A DNA stretch of 64,000 nucleotides, from the NCBI GenBank assembly GCA_028534125.1, contig CM052818.1, positions 6,512,001-6,576,000 on the forward strand, written 5' to 3'. The notes beneath the pieces are model-generated. The model was not told the DNA's origin. It worked only from the letters and a program-made list of their open reading frames with translations, and did not search any database. This DNA comes from Lama glama (Eukaryota). Position 1 is the first letter of the stretch. Each line of letters starts with the position of its first letter. The translations under genes and the position numbers were made by a program. Shown here piece by piece: positions 1 through 12,922 of the stretch.

Positions 1-1751
1 GATTTCTCCTTTGCTTGCCCTCACCTTCTCTCCAGTGCGGGAGTGGGCAGACCAGACTGGCATGCTGGATGAGATCGGGAAAGAGCCCAGCCAAACACTC
101 TACACGGATCTGTAAAGAGGTTGGGCATGGGAAGCCTTGAAGACTCTAGAAACCATGGGCAGAACTCGCTCAAAAGGACCTCACCTCAGTGGCTGTGTCC
201 AGAGTCAAGAGCCCCCCACTATCCTTCAGCCACCCCCTAGTAAACATAAAGTCTAGGTAAAAACCATGTCTGCTCTGCAAACACAGCTGTAGGACCTACG
301 CCCAAGTCCCAGCCAGATGGCTGCCCCCAGGTCTCCCTCAGACAGAAATCTCACAGCCAGCTCACGTGGGGCAACCAGAGTCTTATAGCCAGGGCGATAG
401 AAAGACAAAGGCTGGGTCCCAGTCCCAGAAAGTTCCGTATAGCTTTACCATTTACTCAGTAAGAGCCTGAAGCTCGTGGCTTTCGCCAAACTCTGCCACA
501 CTCTGCCACAGACCAGGTGAAGGCAACCCTTGCCCACTAGGGCATGGGAGCAGAAGGCCACAGGCTTCCCACCCCCTCCTCACCCCACACCCCCCCACCC
601 TGTTCCTGCCTTGCATTTCACAAAGCTTCTCAGAAGGCAGCCAGTTCAATAACTCATCGCTTTGTTGGCTCTCCCGCCTTCTCTGTTTCACTCTCAAATA
701 GATAACTCACGTATAAGCGTTCCTAACAGGCTCTGCTTTTGGAAGAATCTAGGCTAAGGCACGGGAACCTCAAAACGTATCACTTGGCTTCTGCAAATGA
801 CCCCACAGGGCACAGCAGTGAAGGTCTCCTCCACCCTTGCTTCTGTTTGCTTTGAACATGACCCTTTCTGTTGTAACCAGTAAGGCACTAACTCTGAGAG
901 CGGTTCTCAATACATCCAGCCTAAAGGAGGAGGAGGAAATGATCCCTCTAGCTCCGTGGGGGAGGCATGGCAAGCGAGTTCTCTTCACCAAGTCTCTTTC
1001 ATGTTGTCAGTTCACTAGAATCCATCTTGTGGGAGGGCCACTGACTCACCATGTGAAAATGGGAAGGACAGTTTCATTAGAAGTGGGATGTTTCACACGC
1101 TTCTGACATGCACCATCAGGACACTAAGTGCAGTGACATGGTTTGGCTGATGTTGAAGTGTCCTTGACTCCACATAGCAATTTTAACCAAATAGAGCAAG
1201 GAGCCTCCCATTTGAGAATCCAGCTCCCTCTTCCAAAGCAGTTGTTGGGTGAGAATAAGGGAGGGGGCTGGAGAAGTGGGGGAGAATGGGGGTAGAGTTA
1301 AAATAAATCTGAGCGGCTAGAGCAGAATTCTCAAGAGAGGAGGGAAGGAAAACCTCATCTACACCTGTTTGATGCCTGGGTCTGATCATAGTGGCTTTCA
1401 GAGTGACGTAGGAAATATCCAGAAATGTACATGTCATGGTGGGGGAGGCTGAATTTTGTCTGCGGTGTGAGAACTAAGATAACAAATGGTGGGGGAGAAA
1501 AAGTGTAGGGTTGAGTTTTCTCCGCATGTGTCACAGATCAAAAATCACATTTCAATCTTAAAACTTTAACTGTTGTGATCATAACATTATCATTTTTCTA
1601 TATTAGAAAATGTGAAGACTAGAACAACAATAAAAATTATTTCTGAGTTTTTCGGAAGGGCATGAATCAAAAGAAAATCTTTTCTCCCTGCCTTCACCCC
1701 TGCAGTAGGGGCTGTGACACCTCCGGTGTGCTGAATATCCCTTAGCATCTT

Positions 1752-1841
1752 TTTTTTATGGGAATAGAAAGGAGTTTATTAGGTTATACTGTGAGAGACA
1801 GCAGCAGACCACACGGACAAGAGATGCATGTGTGAGCACTG
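1752..1841 (-). mobile_element. 90-bp retroposed polyadenylated 3' end of unknown origin
   Basis: Perfect 15-bp TSD ATCCCTTAGCATCTT at 1737-1751 and 1842-1856. Minus-strand AATAAA at 1780-1775 lies 17 nt before an A tail. Confidence 0.8.
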
Positions 1842-1904
1842 ATCCCTTAGCATCTTGGAGCCTGGTTAGAAGCGTGAGCTGTAAATATCTAAAAGCGAAA
1901 ACTT

Positions 1905-2403
1905 CCAATCACACAAAAACCTGTACACAAATGTTTATGTATCTTTATTCATAATCTTCCCCCAAATCGGGCACTACCCAAGTATCCTTCAACCAGTGAA
2001 TAGAAACCAGCTGTGGTACATCCACACAATGTGATGGTACTCATCCAAAAAAAAAAAAAAAAGAACAAATAGCAGATGCATGCAGCAGCAGAAGAAGGAA
2101 TCTCAAATGCATTTTGCTAAGTGAAAAGAGCCAGTCTCAAAGGGCTGTATGATTCCGTTTATTCTGGAGAAGGCAAAACAGACAGAAAACAGATTCCTGG
2201 ATGCAGGGCTATAGGTGAATGGAGGGAGGGGCTTAACAACGGGGCACCAGGGAATTTTTGAGGGTGACAGAACTGATCTATGTGTTGATTGTGGCAGCGG
2301 TTTTATAACCATATGTGTTTGTCAATGTTCATAGAATTGTACACCACTAAAAAGGGTAAGTTTTACTGTATATAAATTACACCTCAACTTAAAAAAAAAA
2401 AAG
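1905..2403 (+). mobile_element. Old L1 (L1MC/L1MD-like) 3' end
   Basis: Typical L1M 3' motifs (cacacaaaaacctgtacacaaatgttta; tgctaagtgaaaagagccag; ttgattgtggcagcggtt) ending in an A-run. Confidence 0.8.
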
Positions 2404-2409
2404 ACATAA

Positions 2410-2600
2410 ACTGTGGAGTCCCCAGCCTGGGAAAGAAGCTCAGCTGCACCACTTCCTTTTGTGTGATCTTAGCCAAGTTACTGAAACTTTCTGAGTCTCG
2501 GTTTCCTCATCTGTACACGAGGGTCTGACAGCTTCTACTTCACAGGTTTGTTACAAGGATTCAGTAACAGTACCTGACACCCACTCAGCATTAGGTCTCA
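2410..2600 (+). mobile_element. MIR SINE (representative; other MIRs at ~7575-7770, 10600-10750, 13210-13460, 17380-17600, 28150-28310, 51915-52070, 62130-62330)
   Basis: MIR core tgtgatcttagccaagttactgaaactttctgagtctcggtttcctcatctgta. Confidence 0.8.
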
Positions 2601-5224
2601 TGGTGACTATCCAGCCAAGAGTCCCAGCATGAAGTCCCTCGCCAGTGGGTCTTCATATTTCATACTGCTCTGCACTCTACCGCCATTCTTCCTGCCACCT
2701 GCTCTCTGCCCAACCTGGATTTCTGGGGAGAACTTGATATAATCCCTTGAGAACACTGGGAAGCAATCTAGCTGGGCTAGAACCTGGTGTTACTGAAACC
2801 TGGCTTTGAGTCCCAACGAATAAGCTGGCATCTCTAGGGGGGTTAAAATCTCTCTCCTACAGCCACTAGCGATGGCCCTCAGCCGAGTCAGTAAGTTCAT
2901 AAAAGCCACACCAGGTGAAACATGCATGTGCTCTCTCCCCTGCCCCTGTAGGGCTGTGATGTATCCATTCTTTATTTCCTGGCACATCGTAGATGTTTGA
3001 TAAAGGAATAGGATGTACCATCCCAGGGAAACTAGCTTCTGGGCATTTTTTTTGGACTATGCTAGACATTGTTTAATCGTAGGTTCCAAGACTTTTCTTT
3101 CTTTTGTTGTGCGTGTGTGTGTGTGATTCTCCTAGCTAACACTTTCTGTTGCTTATTAAAGAAAATCCTACTGCCCAACTAAACTCTTTTAAAGATCATA
3201 AGCAGACTTTTTTTATAGTGAAAAAGTTTAGTGGAACCCTCCATTCATTACATGAAGTAACAAGATGAATCCCCTCCAAAGAGGTGCTCATGGATTAAGA
3301 TGAAGTTCAGGACCCGGACCATATGCACACTGCAGGCAAGATTTGAGTGCTCATTTCTTCATGAACAGAAATAATCATGCAACAAGTGTGCATGCAGCAT
3401 CTCTCCTGTGCCAGGGTCTGTGCCAGGGGTGCTGGGGTGCTCGGGAGGGTCAACGCCTCTTTTCCAGCTTCTGACCCTGTGTGTGTGTGCACAGACAGCA
3501 CACAGACACCTCAGCTCTGGGGGTCTTGGTTTTCTCAGCTTTCATTGTGAAGGCCCATTCCAGACCCGCTCCAGAACCAACAGTCTGTCACTTGAAGACT
3601 GTATTGCAATCTACAGCGGATGGGGATGGGTTTTATTGGAACAGATAATAATGGCGCTGGTGAAGAGGACAGTGTTGCTGACCTGAAAGAGAGGAGGAAG
3701 TTAAAGGACTGCTTTTAATGCTAGTGACTCATTTACAAGTTGCCATTTCTCTTACCACTTTGGAACTACTTGCGATGGACAAGAAAGACACACAGCCCTT
3801 CAGAGGGGGTCAGGAAGTGAGGGGAGAGCACAAGGGGGCTTCCATTGATATTTATAATATTTCATTCCTTAAAAAAAATGAGTAGTGCCAAATGTCACAG
3901 TGTTAAAAGTTCAGACTTACGAGTTACAATGTACTCGGCACTTTTTCACATGTTTGAAATATTTCTTGATAATTTTTTTTTTAAGATATACTTCCTTCTT
4001 TCTTAAGTAACTGAAACTGTGCTGCGGGGCTTTTTTTTTTTTTTTTAATCATAGAAAGGGTATTTCTGTGTTTACCAAAGTAATCAATCTTTCCTTAGAA
4101 ATAACACCCTGCTGCCAGTTCTTTGCCTCTCTGTCTTTCTCCTTCTCTCTGTCTCTGTCTCACCATCTGTCTCTCCATCTCTGTCCGCTCTGAATGTTCT
4201 TTGGGATACAGCTCAGATGAACCAATTGATTGATGACTTAAATCCTGACAGCCGGAAGCGTGGCTACTTCAGTTCCTTTAAACGTTTCCTCCAGGCAGGT
4301 CAGCTGCGCCCCCACCTCCCACTGGACCGTGGCCAACATCCTGCTTGATGGGGCAGCTTTGAGCAATCTTTGCTCAAGGACAGGCTCTGGAGAGAGCGAG
4401 AGTGGGGCACCCTGGCTGGGCTGGAATCGAGAAAAGGACTGCATTTCAAAGGAAGGGGTAAGGGGAGGGGTGGATTAGCCTCACCTCAAAGGCTAAAAAT
4501 AGTCTGGCTTTGCAGACTTCTTCCTCCGGAAAAGAGGAGTGGGGAAGACAGGGTAGGATCTTTGCATCCTATTATGCTTCTGCTGGTCAGAAAAGAGTTA
4601 AACTGGGAGCCTCCATCACTGGCTTTCTCCTCAATCAACTTCTTATAACTGGAGCTAATCACTGATCTCTTGGATTATAAATGTGATTAGTAAGAACCAG
4701 GTGGTGTTTTATCCCTCTGTCCCGCTGTTAAGAGGGAAGCCCAGGTGGGCTGGGGATGCAAGGCAGCCTCCCCGAGCCTGTATTCTAGTGCACCTGAGCC
4801 TGGACACTTGGCACCTCTGGGCACAGAGACTCATCTCTGTAGGGACTGTGGGGGCTGAGGAAAAACCCCTTCTTTCCCTAGAGGTTTCATAACAAAGGAG
4901 ATAATGGACAGGAAGTGCTTTCAGCCTCCTCAAGGAAATCCAAATGATGTTCCAGGCTTCTTGTGGTCAGACACAAGCTGTCCCTTCAGCCAAGTGTGGA
5001 TTTTTCTCTTCACTGGGTTTCCTTTATTGTTGGACTGTAAACTCTCTCAGTGAGACAGGGACTCCTCACTGTACAGGATGCTTCTCCTCCCCAACCCAAA
5101 TCTGGATGTTTGTAAGCCTGTCCGATCTGCTTTCCAGAGCAATGCCTTCCTTTACAAGCAAAGGCTAGGGGCATCCAGGAAGCCCAGTAGCTGCCAGCAC
5201 CGGGGAACGTCGAAGCTATGGCCT

Positions 5225-5684
5225 TGACAAAGATTTTGTGTTTGACCAAACTTTAGTCAGGCTCTTGAACTGTGCACGTCCTGGTAAAATCCAGTTTTAA
5301 CAGGAACCCTGATGAGTCACTTTGGCCTTCACCCTCAATATCTGATCGGGGTTCCTTATCTTCCTCCCCACCCTGCGCTCTCTGCCCCCTTCAGAGTGAT
5401 GTCTGATCACCCTGGCCTGTCTTCAGCAAGAAACCTGTGAGATCGATTTAGCCAGAAACTCCCTTACCCCTGATGTTTCCTCTTAGTAATTTTTCATCCT
5501 CAGACCCCCACCCTGCTCCTTGGCTGTAAATCCCCATTAGCCCAGGCTACATTCCCAGTTGAGCCGTGTTTCTCCCCTACTATGAAATCCCATCACTGTG
5601 GTCCCTATAACTATCATGACGGTCCTGAATAAAGTCTGCCTTACTATCTTTAACAGGCATCACTGAGCATTTTTTCCTTTAACA
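5225..5684 (+). mobile_element. ERV1-class solo LTR, MER31-like
   Basis: Starts TGACAAAGATT...TTGACCAAACTTTAGTCAGGCTC, has an internal AATAAA (~5628) and ends ...TTTAACA. Flanks gcct/acct resemble a 4-bp TSD. Confidence 0.75.
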
Positions 5685-8506
5685 ACCTCCTCCCGGTGCC
5701 TGGGCTGGGTGTCCTACCCAGGAATGGTAGGTAGGCAAGGAGTGAGGTTCTGCTTCTTGGGACCCACCTAGTAAATGAGCTAGTTCCCTACAAACTAGTT
5801 CTTCAGTGAGGTGACCCGTGTGTGGAACCCCACATGGTGACTGTCTCCAGTAACTCATCCTTCAGCGTGGGACTCCCACTCTGTAGGGCTGAAAGCTACC
5901 ATACGGACAGTGTCCCTTTTCCTGGTGAAAATGACACCTCCCTGGTTCTAAAGGTATATCAAGAACCCCAGCCCCGTATTTCCAGGGACCTCATATACTA
6001 CAGAAATGTGTCAGCTTTCACACGGGGGTAGTTCTGAATAAGGACTAGTCCGTGCAACTTCTGAATGAGTAAGAAGGCCGTCATTGCCTGGATGTGAACT
6101 CAAAAAGCTGGTGGGTTCCTCCCACTTAAATCTCCAAATGCACTTCTTTGAATTGCTTGTAAGGAAGAATACGAACAGCCAACATCTTTTGAGGGCTTCC
6201 TCTCTGCCAGGCCCTGTGCTCAGCCTTTGAAGAGATCTCATTTAAGCCCTCCCTTTGCAGCGGTGGGGACCAAGCTTTAGCAGGGTCATGAGATGTCCCA
6301 CAGCTCCTCATGCTTCACCAGTAAGAGTTGGGGCTGGGACTCCAAAGCCCGTCTGGCTCACTGTGGGTCCAGGTCTCCCGACCCTGATTTCCAGAAGGGC
6401 CCTTGTGGAGATGCAATTGGTCTAGCTGGGCAAGTGTGTCAGCATAGATTTTGGAAGACGTGCGCTTTAGCCTCCAGGTCACCTCTGGGTTTTCTGTAGA
6501 TTGTGAGGAAGAGTACAACCTCTCTGGGCCTCAGAGTTGAAAAAAGGAAATAAAGCTATCAGGTCGGCCTCCTCCACAAGAGTGGTGCATGGGTGTTACT
6601 GCAAATCTCTAAAGGGAGACAGAAAGGAGACAGGCAAACTCACGAAAGGAAGCTACCGAGATTCCTCAGGCTTGCCATGCTTCGTACACAGCGCCCCTGG
6701 CCCCCCCCGGGGCTCCCTTTCTGGGTGGTACCTGGAAGACAGACCCTCCCCACAGCCTTCCCCGGGTTCAGTAGACACAACAGAGTTTGGGGAAACAACA
6801 CACCAGAAATGGGCCACTTTAGGGGCCTGGGTCTCTGAGGCTTCGTTTACAGCTCAAGGGAAGTCACATGGCCCCAGCCCTGCCGGTTCTGGGTGCTGGA
6901 GGCACTAAACAGGAAAGGACTTTTTAGGGCCTGGCAACTTAGCCACTTTCACTGAAATAGTTCCAAAAGATAGACATCTGAGGCAGACCCTGAAGAGGCC
7001 CCATACCTGGCATCACATTCCTTTGACATTTGATTTGTGTATTTTAAAATATATGCAATGTTTTCATTCTACATGTATCCATGCCAATTTATTTTAATAA
7101 AAATACTTTTGATTACTTAGTCAAATTACTAATCTTTCCCCCTAAAATCCTGAGTAATCAATAAGAGTTAATTATTGAGCCCAGTGCTAGAAACTTTACA
7201 GACATGATGTTATTCAAGCCTCACAATGGGCCGGTGCCACTGTCCCGCCCCCTGTACCCATGCGGAAACTCGGCTCCACTTCCCTGCGCGGCCAGCACCA
7301 TGGAGAGATGGTTAGCCTGGTTAGGGATGACGGCCCTCCCTTAATTAAGGTCATGTGAAAGAGTCTAACTGTCATTCATCTTTTAACTATGAAAGAATCT
7401 ATAGGAAATATTATGGTAAACATGCTGTCCTCAAACTATCCCCTTCTCTGACTCAGAAGCCCCGCCCACTTCTTCAAAAGGCCTGAAACAGAAAATTGCC
7501 TTGGGTCTTGCATTATTTCAGGCAAAGATTCAGTTTAAAGTGGTGACTAAGCTGCTTGGGCTCAAAGCACCGGTTTAGGAGTTACAAATCCCCACTAAGC
7601 CACTTCTGCCTTGTGTGATCTTGGGCTAATCATTGACTCTCAGCTTCAGTTACTCACCCACAAATGGCGGATAATAATACGGCCTACCGATGGCTTGTTG
7701 GGAGGATTCAGTGAGCTAATGGATACACGGCCTAAATCACAGAGTAAGTGACTGATAAATGTCAAATATTTTTCTTATTAAAGGAAGCAACTCCTTTTAG
7801 TCAATAATGCCTAAAGCCACACTTCCAAGGTTGGGAAAAATATTGCCATTGATTTCAAATTCATCTTCACAAACCAGACAAGATATAGTGACATTTGGCT
7901 ATGAAAATGTGACCCCTGAAGCAATGTCTTGAATTATGAGCATGGAAGGGGGTGTGAGGGTAAAGTCTACTGACTCCTGTCACCCAGCTGAGTTTCTTTA
8001 GGTGCCTAAAAGCCATCTACAGGGAAGGAATCCATAAGAGGACCAGTCAGCTAACATGGGGTGAGCCCTCTGAGACCACGTCAACACTGAGACTTGACAG
8101 CTGCAGATATCATGAGATCATAGCTGCCTTGCCTCAGGGGGCCGCCCTGATCCCCCTCTACCCAGGCTGAGCTGACAGTGTCTGCCTCCATCTCCCCTCC
8201 AGGTCCCATATTCTTATCTCTCTGCCGGACTGAGAATTCACAGAGATCGGCTTCAGATCTGCACACCCACCCCTGGCACACAGTACCTGTCCTGTAAATC
8301 CTTCCAGGATGAATTCATGGATGGCTGTAAAATTCTCTCCACTTTTCTCTGGGTGTATCTGTGTAACTGGTGCCAGCCCTGTGGCCTGGACAAATGGGTC
8401 AGAACAAGGGCCTTCCAGGCCTTGCAACCTTCTTTCCCAGACCTGGTACATATGGCCACCCTTCTAAGTGTAACCTCTGAGAGAGTCAGGTCATTCAGGC
8501 ACAGTC

Positions 8507-8648
8507 TTTTTTTATTTTTTAATTTTGTTTTTTATCGAAGTGTAGTTGATTTGCAATGTTAGTTTCAGGTGTACAGTAAATTGATATATATGTATAACTG
8601 TATGTGTGTATATGTGTAACTATATAAACAGTATGTAACTATATGAAA

Positions 8649-8686
<38 letters not shown>

Positions 8687-8808
8687 TTCTTTAAGATTCT
8701 TTTCCATTATACATTATTACAAGAAATTAAATAGAGTTCCCTGTGCTATACAGTAGGTCCTTGTTGTTTATCTGTTTTATATACAGTAATGTGTATCTGT
8801 CAGTCCCA
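8507..8808 (-). mobile_element. Cetartiodactyl-type L1 3' end with internal (TA)n
   Basis: T-rich tail, then gaagtgtagttgatttgcaatgttagtttcaggtgtacag...gttccctgtgctatacagtaggtccttgttg. Confidence 0.8.
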
Positions 8809-10984
8809 ATCATAATCCTGAGGACCAGTCTTTATAGTCTTTATTTTTTAATTGCATAAGTGCCTTGGTCTCCCTGGTATCATCTTTCCCAAACATTTCT
8901 TAAGCTGCACCATTTAGGCCAATGAAAGAACTAATCGATTCTGTGTTGATTCCATTAGCTTTGGTTTCTTGACCTAGTTTCTGAATAGGAGAAAGATGGG
9001 GAAGGAGGCGTGTTTCCATTGCCTTCTAGACCTGCCTAAGGAGAGGACGCAGGAGCTGTGGCTTCTCTGCCACATTTTCATTTGGGTGTGTCCTTGTCAC
9101 CCCATCCCACCCTACATATGAAAATGGCAGAGAAGTAACATACCTGGATAAACCTAATAAGAGCTTCCCCCCCGGGACTCCATGGAGCCTGAATCCCCTA
9201 CCCATAAATAGATTAGCCTGGTGTCCTGGCAAGGACCCTGGAGTTATAATTATTGGCCCTTGTCTCCTGCTGGCTGTGACATTTTGGATATCCATTTAAC
9301 CTCCCTAGGCCTTAATTCTTCACTTATAAAACTGGGAGGAGTCTATGATATTTGTAACATTGTCTGTAACACTGAAGGCTAGAGCCCTCCGCAAATATGA
9401 GGAATGATTAGTCTCCCTGGAAAATCCTTCCTCCCCACAGCACGAGCAGGTGGGCGGTTCTGAGAACAGAAGTCCTTAAGGAAAGAGAAAATGTGCCGGC
9501 AGTTCCCAGCTCACACTCAGAATGGAAAGGAGGCTGCAGAACTCCCCAGACCTTATCTTATTTAAGCAGAATATCTCCCAAAACCTATACAGAGACACAA
9601 GAATCTCTGACAATTAGCTTCCCGGAAATAAATAGAAGTATCAATTGTCCAGTCGTCATATCAATGGAAATCTTTGGCTTGAACTCAAAGTTCCTAACAT
9701 ATTAACTGATGTAGGAACTGGCCCTTTTATAGGGCAGAATACGTCAAGAGTTGCCTAAAAAACTAACAGTGCAACCTGTGCTCTATTGGCCAAGGCTATT
9801 TTGAGTCTTAGAAACCATTAGTGCAATTTGAAAAAAAAAATTTTTTTTTAAATCAATGCTCTCAGCAACTGAAAGTCAATTGAGTTACTCAAAATTTCTG
9901 TCAACATACATAGCCATCGATTCTCCCAGAGTCTGGCTTCAGCACTGGGGCCTTGGGCAGACACCAAACTACTTAGCCAGCAGACGAAAGTATAGGGAGC
10001 TCCAATCATCCAATCAAGAGACTGAAAATTTGGGTCATAAATCTCTGATTCTGCCACGTTCACAGGGACAAATTCTGGCTACTTTCTGGCCTTGCTGACA
10101 GGCAGCTTCAGGGAGCTGGGATGGCCGAGGGTCCTGCTCCCCCTCTTCCTTCTCTTAGTTATGTCCTAAGGTTGTGGTGCACAAGTGTCAGGGACCGTTT
10201 GCTTTCTTACAAGAAAGGGAGTCTGTTTTCCCCAAAGTTGCCTGGGAAGCTATCACCAGATTAGCACCTGAGCCTCAACCTTAATCCTGAGAACTTTCTA
10301 TGTCCAGACTCTCTCTGCCTTTGGCCCCAAGCAGGCTCCTGAGGTGACCCCTGTAAACTCTGCCCCAGCCCTCCAGTGCTCTGAGAGTCAGAGGACAGAG
10401 GAGCAGTGTCTGTACCTGAATCTGAACTCACTGGGGGTCTGTGTGTGGCCAGGGCACCCTGCAGTAGACAGGCGGGGCACGGGGACGGGGCTGTGTTCTC
10501 CTCAGGAGGTGACTGGCGGGGTGTTCCAGGCACCTCGGGCTCCATCCTTGAGCACACATAACCCACTCCTGCAAATCGATGGGGAAGCTCTGCTGTAGAC
10601 CCTCTGCCCTCTAACCCATGGTTTCCTCATCTGCAAAATGGGAGAGTAACACCAACCCCACTGGGTGGTTGACCCCGTGAGATAATTATGGAGGCAAAGG
10701 GCCCAGTACAGTGCCTGGCACAGAACAGTCACTCACTCACCGATGGTGACGCTTTTTCCTTGCCTCCGCCTCCATTCTGACATCTACTGCTGAGGCCCAT
10801 AAGAACCCACTGATTTTCCAAGTCTAGCGTGGTATGATCTATCAATCTCCAAACCTTACAAGAGAACTCTGATGAAGAGTGCCTTCAGCATTTCTTTTAT
10901 CGAGAAGAAGCCATCCAATGTCCTTCCAGTGTTGCACAAGAGCATTTCTAACAAGCCCACTTGTGGGTTATCTGATGCTCTACA

Positions 10985-11150
10985 ATAGAGGTTCGCAATG
11001 TGTGGCACCTGGACCAGAATCTGCACCTGTTAGAAATGCAGGTTATTGGGCCCCAACCCAGACCTATCAAATCAGAAACTCTGGAGCTGGGGCTCTGCAA
11101 TCTGTTTTACAAGCTGTCCAGGACTGATGTACTGGTCTAAGGAAACATAA
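10985..11150. mobile_element. MER5A-like hAT-Charlie element (other copies ~14712-14900, 16265-16390, 49825-49965, 58200-58390)
   Basis: gttagaaatgcagg...cccagacct...aatcagaaactctgg...gcaatctgttttacaagc motif. Confidence 0.7.
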
Positions 11151-11499
11151 CTTTGTGCTTACGAAAGTGCCTGATGCAAAGTAAATTCTATACAAGTGCT
11201 GGCTGTCATAAATTAGCAGATGCAAATTAAGACTGTGGTGATGGACATCTGGAGCCAAAGGCACAGCTAGGGGACAGGAGATCTCTGAGTGGAAGCCTCA
11301 GGGCCATCACCAAACAGGCAGGCAGAAGCCAGGAAGGCAGAGGGCAGCACTGGCCATGTGTGGTTGAGGGGCAGAGGGGAAGTGGAGGCAGAGCCCGGAT
11401 GGGACAAACCCAGTTCAGTGAGGCCTTAAGATCATACCTGGGGAGGCCCCAAGCTGCTTGAGACAACTTCAGCCTTTTAGCTCAGAACGCTCTTCGTCT

Positions 11500-11790
11500 T
11501 GGGTGGGAAGAGTGTGAAACAGGTGAAGGGGATTAAGAGGTACAAACCTCCACTTACATGATAAATAAGTCACAGTTACAGTGTAAGGAATATGGCTAAT
11601 GATACTGTAATAACATTGCATGGGGACAGACGGTCACTAGACTTGTGGTGGTGGTTGTTTCATAATGTATGCAAATGTCAGATGTCAAGACAACTCTATT
11701 TCACTAAAATACAAAACAAACAAACAAATAAATAAATAACTGAGCTCATAGGAAAAACAAACAAGCCAAAAACCCCAAAGAAAACAACAA
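11500..11790 (+). mobile_element. L1 3' end (L1MA9/L1MA10-like) with A-rich tail
   Basis: ggtgaaggggattaagaggtacaaacctcca...ataaataagtcac...gtgtaaggaatatggctaat followed by an (AAAC)n/(AAAT)n tail. Confidence 0.75.
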
Positions 11791-12751
11791 CAAAGGATGA
11801 CTGGTCTCCACTGGCTGACACTTTAAAGAATTCAAGTTCCTGTCCTGCTCTGTCTCCCCCAGGTTACTGGTCAGGGCTCATTCCCCACAGCTCTCCAGGC
11901 CCCTCGTGCCAGTGGCCTTGTATCTCTGGGGGCAAGGAGCCCAGGGCAATTCCTTCCACCGTCTGGAGCCTAAGAACTGAGTTTTCTGTCAGGACACTGA
12001 TATTTATGTGAGAGATGACTGATCAGATAATTAGCCCAGACAGTAGAAATACAAGCATGAGGCTAGTTCTATGTCTGATAGTTTTTCCTGTGCTCATATG
12101 CCAGACACCTGCCAAAAACAGAGCTGGTTCATGAATGAGCTGATCCATTGACACATTGTTCCGTAAACAGTAAGAGCTGGATTTGGGTCTTAACAACAAA
12201 ATTAATTTTCTAAATACCTGAATTCCAGTTGAAACATATGTTTGAAGAGGAATCATGTTAACAAAGTCATCCCTTTCTTAATGCTATGAAAGTTTTGTGT
12301 TCATTATATTTCAAATCATTGCCAACTAAGGCCATCCTGACATGGGTGTCACTTTTAACTGATTTTGTTGTTTGGTCACCACCGAAAAGTATTTTAAAGT
12401 TTTTTATTTATTTATTTATTTTAAAGCACTGACTAGGCCAAGCTGGTAATGTAGAAATGTATTCTACTTGATGAGAGAGAAAGGGGAGGGAAAAAGGGCT
12501 GGAGGGAGTGAGCTCATGAGAAAGCTGGGAATTACCAGGCGCTATGGCTGGATATGTCCTGCTCGGGCTGCCGTAGGGAGTGACTGAGGAATAATTGGCA
12601 AAGCTCTGTGGGATGGAGGAGTGTCTGTACAAAGTGTGCATGATTTTTTATATATATAAAGAAAGGGAAAGAAGGAAACAGTAGAGATACTGATATAAGT
12701 CCTGATTGGCATAGAGCTATGAGTATTTATAAGAATTTGTATTTCCTTATT

Positions 12752-12922
12752 GATTTTCTGATCATCAGTCTGGATGATCTGTCCATTGATGTAAGTGGGG
12801 TGTTAAGGTCCCCCACTCTTATTGTGTTACTGTCAATTTCTCCTTCGTGTTAACAGTTGTCTTATATATTGAGGTGTTCCTAGTTTGGGCGCATATATAT
12901 TTACAAGGGTTATACCTTCTTC
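12752..12922 (-). mobile_element. L1 ORF2 endonuclease-domain fragment (decayed)
   Basis: Minus strand translates EEGITLVNIYAPKLGTPQYIRQLL..., close to the L1 EN motif EEDITIVNIYAPNIGAPQYI. Confidence 0.8.
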
